Of a stretch of DNA of 39,529 nt, positions 34,817 to 39,529 are shown piece after piece; position 1 is the first letter of the stretch; every line of letters begins with the position of its first letter. The notes under the pieces are model-generated. The model saw only the letters and a program-made list of their open reading frames with translations, had not been told where the DNA came from and searched no databases. Both the position numbers and the translations under genes were made by a program. Source of the stretch: an uncultured Aminicenantes bacterium (lineage in GTDB: Bacteria; Acidobacteriota; Aminicenantia; UBA2199); contig CBDAFS010000018.1 of assembly GCA_965195285.1 (NCBI GenBank), positions 1 to 39,529 on the forward strand. The letters are read 5' to 3'.

Positions 34817-35818
34817 TTATAATCCCAAATATCGTGAATATATCGATTTTGCGATTCCTTTGTCACCGGTTCCCTTTATTAAAGCTCTTCCATCTTGGAA
34901 AATTGTGATTTTCTTTCCTTCCACCTGAAACCTTAAAACATATTCGCTAACGAGCAATTCATTTACTTTATTTTTTAGATTTTCAGAAATTTTTTTTAAA
35001 TTTAAAGTTGAATTCACCGGAGGGATAATTTGGATTGCATTATCACATAATTCTAAAATCATCTCCTTTTTTTCTGTATTCAAAAAGTTAAAATTGTTTT
35101 TCACACAACATTGACATTCATCGTTCTTTGTTACCTCTATCGTTTCAAATTGATGATTCCACACATCATAAAACACCATTCTTCTTTCAATATCTTTATT
35201 AAGGAGTATTTTTATTGCTTCTGTACTCTCTATGGAAGCCAGGATATTTACAATGGTATTCAATACTCCTGCTGTTTCACAAGTTGGAGTCAAACCAGGA
35301 GGGGGGATTTTCGGTAAAATACATTGTAAACATGGCCCCTGAGGCAGGATATTCATCATCATCCCATGGGTTTGAATTATGCCCGTATATATCCAGGGAA
35401 TTTTATTTTTTATACAGGCATCATTCATAATCATTCTGGTCTGAAAATTATCAGTGGCATCGAGCACAAGATCAGACTCTTCAATGAATGCTTCAATATT
35501 GCTACTATTCAGATCAACGATGAAAGGAACTATCTCAATCTCAGAATTGATTTTTCCAAGTTTTTCAACAGCTGCGATAACCTTGGGGGAGCCTACATCG
35601 AGTTCATCAAACAAAATCTGTCGCTGTAGATTGTTTAATTCAACAACATCTCTATCAATAATATGCAAAATTCCGATTCCGGCCCGGGTTAGGTTATTGG
35701 AGATATTGGTTCCCAGAGCCCCGCAGCCTATGATTACAACTTTACTTTTTTTGAGTATTTCCTGGCCTTCCTCTCCAATCTGCTGAAGTATGGTTTGTCT
35801 TGAATATCGAATGCCCAT
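34817..35818 (-). CDS. thiF: ThiF/MoeB-family adenylyltransferase with C-terminal extension
   Basis: 333 aa. RYSRQ, IGCGALG, DRDVVELNNLQRQ, DATDN, CLQC, TCETAGV, CQCC and FQDGRALIKGT. Confidence 0.88.
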   Translation of the reverse strand: MGIRYSRQTILQQIGEEGQEILKKSKVVIIGCGALGTNISNNLTRAGIGILHIIDRDVVELNNLQRQILFDELDVGSPKVIAAVEKLGKINSEIEIVPFIVDLNSSNIEAFIEESDLVLDATDNFQTRMIMNDACIKNKIPWIYTGIIQTHGMMMNILPQGPCLQCILPKIPPPGLTPTCETAGVLNTIVNILASIESTEAIKILLNKDIERRMVFYDVWNHQFETIEVTKNDECQCCVKNNFNFLNTEKKEMILELCDNAIQIIPPVNSTLNLKKISENLKNKVNELLVSEYVLRFQVEGKKITIFQDGRALIKGTGDKGIAKSIYSRYLGL

Positions 35819-35830
35819 TTCAATTGTTTT

Positions 35831-36628
35831 TTAAAGAACTTCATTCATACTTCCGGACCTATATCCTTCCATGTCCAGGCTTATATACACAAATCCCAGC
35901 TCTTTTAATTTTTCTACAACCCTCTTTCTGTTTTTTATAATTATTTGAATATCTTCTTCATTAATTTCAATCCTGGCACTGTTTTCATGATTCCTGACCC
36001 GGGATTGTCTTACTCCCAAATCATATAGAAATGATTCTGCCTCTTCAATTCTTTTTAGTTTTGCAGAAGTTATTGATTCTCCATAAGGAATCCGGGATGC
36101 CAGGCAGGTTGTGGATGGCAGATTGTAATTGGACAAACCCAGCGCTTTAGCCAGTGGTGCGATCATGCTTTTTTTTATTTCAGCTTCAACCAGAGGTTGA
36201 AAAAAGCCTTCTTCGTTTAAAGCCTTTATTCCGGGCCGGTGTTCTGAAAAATCAGATAAATTTACTCCGAAGGCGATATGTTTGAATCCGGATTGGCCGG
36301 CAATTTTTTTTAGTGCAAAGATCTCCTCTTTTTTACAGTGATAACATCTGTCTGTCGGGTTGTTAATGAAATCAGAATTATCAAGTTCTGATATTTTTAT
36401 TATTTTGTGATCGATTCCGATTTCTGAAGCTATCTCCTTTGCCCCCCTCAGTTCCCTTTTTGAAAATGTATCGGATTCTATGGTTACTGCCAGCGATTTC
36501 TCTCCAAGCTCATCACGGGCAATTTTTGCAATTAATGAGCTGTCCACCCCCCCGGAAAATGCGATTATCAGTGAACCTTTTTCTTTTATTATTTTTCTTA
36601 ATTTTTTTATTTTTTCAATTGCATTCAC
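35831..36628 (-). CDS. larE: LarE-family ATP-dependent sulfur transferase (CxxC+C, 4Fe-4S type)
   Basis: 265 aa. AFSGGVDS PP-loop, RCYHCK, HRPG, CLASRIPYG and GYRSGSMN. Confidence 0.88.
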   Translation of the reverse strand: MNAIEKIKKLRKIIKEKGSLIIAFSGGVDSSLIAKIARDELGEKSLAVTIESDTFSKRELRGAKEIASEIGIDHKIIKISELDNSDFINNPTDRCYHCKKEEIFALKKIAGQSGFKHIAFGVNLSDFSEHRPGIKALNEEGFFQPLVEAEIKKSMIAPLAKALGLSNYNLPSTTCLASRIPYGESITSAKLKRIEEAESFLYDLGVRQSRVRNHENSARIEINEEDIQIIIKNRKRVVEKLKELGFVYISLDMEGYRSGSMNEVL

Positions 36629-37718
36629 TTTTTACCTCTCTCTCGATGATCCCACCGCCCAGGACAACATTACCTTTATAGAATACAATAGATTGCCCCG
36701 GGGATATGGCAGATTGGGGATTTTGAAAATTGACCAGGACCCGGTTCTTTTCAAACGGCATTACCCGGGCAAGGGCTTCTTCATGATGGTATCTGATTTT
36801 GGCTTTAATATTCAATGTGTCGGTTAATCTATCAAAATTGATCCAGTTCAGGTCTTTGGCAATGAGTCTGGTACCCATCAGACTGTCTCTGTTGCCCACG
36901 ATGATGGCGTTTCTTTTTTTATCCTTGGCAATGACATAAAGGGGTTCCTGACTGGGAATGCCAATGCCCTTTCTCTGACCAATGGTGTAAAATACAAGGC
37001 CCCGGTGTTCTCCCTTTATTTCACCCTGTGAATTCAGTATCGGTCCGGGATTCCGGTCTTTAAATAATTGATGATATCCGCCGGCCATAAAATCCTGACT
37101 CTCTTTCTTTTCAGAGACAGCCAATTTAAATTTTCGGGCCAACTCTCTTATTTCTTCTTTTGCATATTTTCCCAGGGGAAAGATTGTTTTTTCAAGCTGA
37201 TGATCTTTTAAATGATAGAGAAAATAACTCTGGTCTTTTTTCAAATCCGTTGCTTTTTTTAAAAATGCCGTTCTGTTCTGCATGTCATATTCAACCTGCG
37301 CATAGTGCCCGGTGGCAAAATAATCAAATCGAATCTCTCTCTTGTTGAGTTCATTCATAATGGCTTTGAATTTTAATTCTCTGTTGCATTTGGAGCAAGG
37401 ATTGGGTGTGTTCCCGTTGGAATATTCTTCCACTACAAAGTCAATTATATTGGTTTTATATTCCTGTTTTAAATCAATGGTATGAAATGGGATTTTCAAA
37501 ATTTCCGCTACTTTTTTGGCATCCCGGAGATCATCTTTCTCATCCGGGCCAAAGCAGGCGTGATGCATAACCTCGGATTTAAGAATTGAGTCGCTATAGA
37601 CTTCCATGAATACACCGATTACCTCGAATCCCTGATGTTTTAGTAAAGCCGCTGCCACCGAAGAATCAACTCCTCCACTCATGGCTATGGCTACTGTTTT
37701 TTTATTTTTTTTACACAT
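36615..37718 (-). CDS. mnmA: tRNA 2-thiouridine(34) synthase MnmA (variant Cys pattern)
   Basis: 367 aa. AMSGGVDSSVAA, TPNPCSKCN, ATGHYA, KDQSYFL, YTIGQRKG and SPGQSIVFY. Confidence 0.9.
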   Translation of the reverse strand: MCKKNKKTVAIAMSGGVDSSVAAALLKHQGFEVIGVFMEVYSDSILKSEVMHHACFGPDEKDDLRDAKKVAEILKIPFHTIDLKQEYKTNIIDFVVEEYSNGNTPNPCSKCNRELKFKAIMNELNKREIRFDYFATGHYAQVEYDMQNRTAFLKKATDLKKDQSYFLYHLKDHQLEKTIFPLGKYAKEEIRELARKFKLAVSEKKESQDFMAGGYHQLFKDRNPGPILNSQGEIKGEHRGLVFYTIGQRKGIGIPSQEPLYVIAKDKKRNAIIVGNRDSLMGTRLIAKDLNWINFDRLTDTLNIKAKIRYHHEEALARVMPFEKNRVLVNFQNPQSAISPGQSIVFYKGNVVLGGGIIEREVKSECN

Positions 37719-37724
37719 GCGATA

Positions 37725-37759
37725 TACTACATTGTAGTAGTCATTGGATTGAAAGTCAA
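37725..37759 (-). promoter_or_regulatory. Sigma70 promoter of the mnmA-thi block with a palindrome over the -10
   Basis: Minus-strand TTGACT (37759-37754), 17-nt spacer, TACAAT (37736-37731); TACTACA-T-TGTAGTA palindrome at 37725-37739. Confidence 0.6.
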
Positions 37760-37843
37760 GTTTTACAGTAAGAGATGATTTTGCCAGATCAATACCTTTT
37801 GCAGAATCTGGGAGAATAATTTTGTCCTTTGGATTTATCTGTT

Positions 37844-38533
37844 TTAATCTTCATCCAGAATGTCCCTCAGCTTTTCCCGGTTTTTGAGGGTGATTTTTTT
37901 CCGTTTGTATTCAATGATTTTCTCCCTTTCCAGGGCGGCGAAAATCCTGGATAGGGCGGGACGGGTTACCCCGAAAAATTCACTGAGTTCCCGCTGGTTT
38001 TTGGGAAGTGTCAGGGAGTTCTTACCCGGTTTTGAAAGGCTTAAAATATAGGATGCGATTTTTTCCCGGATGGTTTTAAAGCTCATAAACCAGAGTTTTT
38101 CACTCAGAAATTGGGCCCGGTTGCTGATGGTATTAAGGTAATTGGTGAGCAACTGGGGACTCAGTTGAAATAACCGGAGCAATGAATTTCGGGGTATCCA
38201 GAGGACCAGGACTTCATCAACAGCCACTACATCGACCGGGAACTTGTTTTGTTTGCCGAATAGAAAGGCCGGCGCCAGGGGACGGGGAGCGGAGATCATT
38301 TCAATTTCAATGGTCTTGCCTTTGAAATCCAGCATCTCCCCCCGAACCATGCCCTTCAGTAAAATCATCAGTACATGACAGGGATCTCCCCTGAAAACCA
38401 GAGTGTTTCCCCGGTTGAATTTTTTTACCTGATATTGGATGTGTTCGAACAATTTCTTTATTTTCTGGGGGGGGAGGTTTCCAAACAGCAATGAGCTTGA
38501 AAGAGTCTCATAAAATACTGATTTCATGTCCAT
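37844..38533 (-). CDS. Crp/Fnr-family regulator (HcpR-like)
   Basis: 229 aa. cNMP-like domain (LAPAFLFG..FPVDV), KTIREKIASYIL and HTH ELSEFFGVTRPALSR. Confidence 0.9.
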   Translation of the reverse strand: MDMKSVFYETLSSSLLFGNLPPQKIKKLFEHIQYQVKKFNRGNTLVFRGDPCHVLMILLKGMVRGEMLDFKGKTIEIEMISAPRPLAPAFLFGKQNKFPVDVVAVDEVLVLWIPRNSLLRLFQLSPQLLTNYLNTISNRAQFLSEKLWFMSFKTIREKIASYILSLSKPGKNSLTLPKNQRELSEFFGVTRPALSRIFAALEREKIIEYKRKKITLKNREKLRDILDED

Positions 38534-38599
38534 AGGCTAAACCATTTTTTGCATTTATGCAACAGTTGGGAAGGGGTAAGCAATCGGATGAGTGGGTTT

Positions 38600-39010
38600 T
38601 TATTTGGGAGGAAAAAGAAAACTTTCTTCCTTTTGGAGCCGGGTCTTCAGTAAGCTGTACAGCCTCTCAAAGTCTTGTAAAAATTCGATGCCACCACCGC
38701 TGATGGTATATTTGGAAAAAAAACTTTCACAGAAGCGGGTTACTTCCTTCATTTCATCGACGAAAAGCTGAATGATCTGTTGTTTATTCTTATCCTTGCC
38801 GGTGGTCTTTCTCAGAACGGGATAGAGCAATTCATCCTCTTTTTTGAAATGCAGACATAACAGATCTTTAGCAGAAGTCAGGGCATTCCGGCCCTCCATG
38901 GTATGTACCCCCAGCTTTTTAACCTCCATTAAGGTATTTAATATGACCTGGTGTTCTTCCTTGAGCTGATTGAAAAAATTACTTTTTTTCGAACCTTTTT
39001 TATTGGTCAT
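38600..39010 (-). CDS. Hemerythrin-like (HHE) domain protein
   Basis: 136 aa. LKEEHQVI, LHFKKEDELLYP and TRLQKEESFLFP. Confidence 0.7.
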   Translation of the reverse strand: MTNKKGSKKSNFFNQLKEEHQVILNTLMEVKKLGVHTMEGRNALTSAKDLLCLHFKKEDELLYPVLRKTTGKDKNKQQIIQLFVDEMKEVTRFCESFFSKYTISGGGIEFLQDFERLYSLLKTRLQKEESFLFPPK

Positions 39011-39180
39011 TCTTTTTTCATCCTTGCTATTGATAATTTGATTATTTCTCTATACCGAACGTTTTTCATAACAATATAGTATTTATCTTGAAAAAATTCA
39101 ACCAAAAAAATCATATTTTCTATCTACTCATTTTAGCAAGTTTTTTGAGATTAATTGTCAAAAAGAATGAGGATAAAAAT

Positions 39181-39513
39181 ATGGATTTAGAAAAACTGAT
39201 TAGATCCCATAACAAAGCTCTGGAACAAGAGGTGGATAATAATGTATCTCTAAAAAATCGCCTCAGGACCCGACTAAACGAAAAGAATTTTCGTGAAAAA
39301 TCTCTATTAACTCTGCGTTTAAGAAGATTGGTTGTTTTTTACGGTATTGCTTTTATGTTTCTGATTTTTTTCAATTTTAAGTTGATAGGCTGGCTAGGTA
39401 AGGAAAAACCTCACCTAACACATCTTGTCACTATGAATGAGAATCCATTTCAGCCGGTATTTCCAGGAAGTATCAGTCAAGCGTATATGGAGGGTATAAA
39501 ATGGCCAGAATAA
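39181..39513 (+). CDS. Hypothetical single-pass membrane protein
   Basis: ATG 39181 after GAGGA; basic N-terminal region followed by hydrophobic LVVFYGIAFMFLIFFNFKLIGWL. Confidence 0.55.
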   Translation: MDLEKLIRSHNKALEQEVDNNVSLKNRLRTRLNEKNFREKSLLTLRLRRLVVFYGIAFMFLIFFNFKLIGWLGKEKPHLTHLVTMNENPFQPVFPGSISQAYMEGIKWPE

Positions 39514-39529
39514 TTTTAAGAGTGGTTTT
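39501..39529 (+). CDS. 5' end of the next gene, truncated by the window edge
   Basis: GGAGGG (39489-39494) then ATG GCC AGA ATA ATT TTA AGA GTG GTT; overlaps the previous stop. Confidence 0.45.

Noticed and set aside
263-38051. Many 60-176 aa ORFs antisense to or nested within the called genes (e.g. 3802-4266, 3842-4372, 7276-7734, 8281-8742, 29561-30013)
   Set aside because: They largely or wholly overlap genes with strong family motifs and show no recognisable motifs themselves; treated as shadow ORFs.
1-39529. CRISPR array, tRNA/rRNA, transposase, integrase, prophage or defence genes
   Set aside because: I saw no regularly spaced repeats, RNA-gene signatures or such protein motifs by eye; small ncRNAs cannot be excluded without covariance searches.

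Overview
Bacterial chromosomal window (~35 CDS) from what looks like an anaerobic, peptide-degrading organism; I cannot assign the taxonomy from the sequence alone. I found no rRNA, tRNA, CRISPR array or transposase. From left to right: (1) a benzoate-CoA ligase family gene; (2) a minus-strand operon Rrf2/IscR-tusA-dsrE-iscS-iscU-CDF transporter-thioredoxin, with a consensus sigma70 promoter overlapped by an IscR-type box. Its IscS has Asp instead of the PLP lysine, and its IscU is fused to a degenerate thioredoxin-reductase NADPH domain; (3) divergently, three ferritin/rubrerythrin-like genes and a 2xCDGSH/Fer4_19/glutamate-synthase-FMN fusion; (4) an oxygen-independent ergothioneine pair, EgtD/EanA methyltransferase plus a metallopterin oxidoreductase-cysteine desulfurase fusion (MES type); (5) secreted prolyl oligopeptidase, DUF5916 protein and tricorn protease; (6) ftnA-zupT-aminotransferase; (7) accD-ParB-like-accA-pycB::accB fusion with no biotin carboxylase in the window, a candidate ATP-independent oxaloacetate:acetyl-CoA transcarboxylase; (8) a 4Fe-4S protein with a Crp/Fnr-type box, a CBS protein and an XRE regulator with a Cys-rich domain; (9) an AT-rich mnmA-larE-thiF-thiS-thiG-thiH block; (10) a Crp/Fnr regulator, a hemerythrin-like protein and a hypothetical. 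The best candidates for undescribed systems are (2) and (7). All product calls rest on motif recognition, not database searches.
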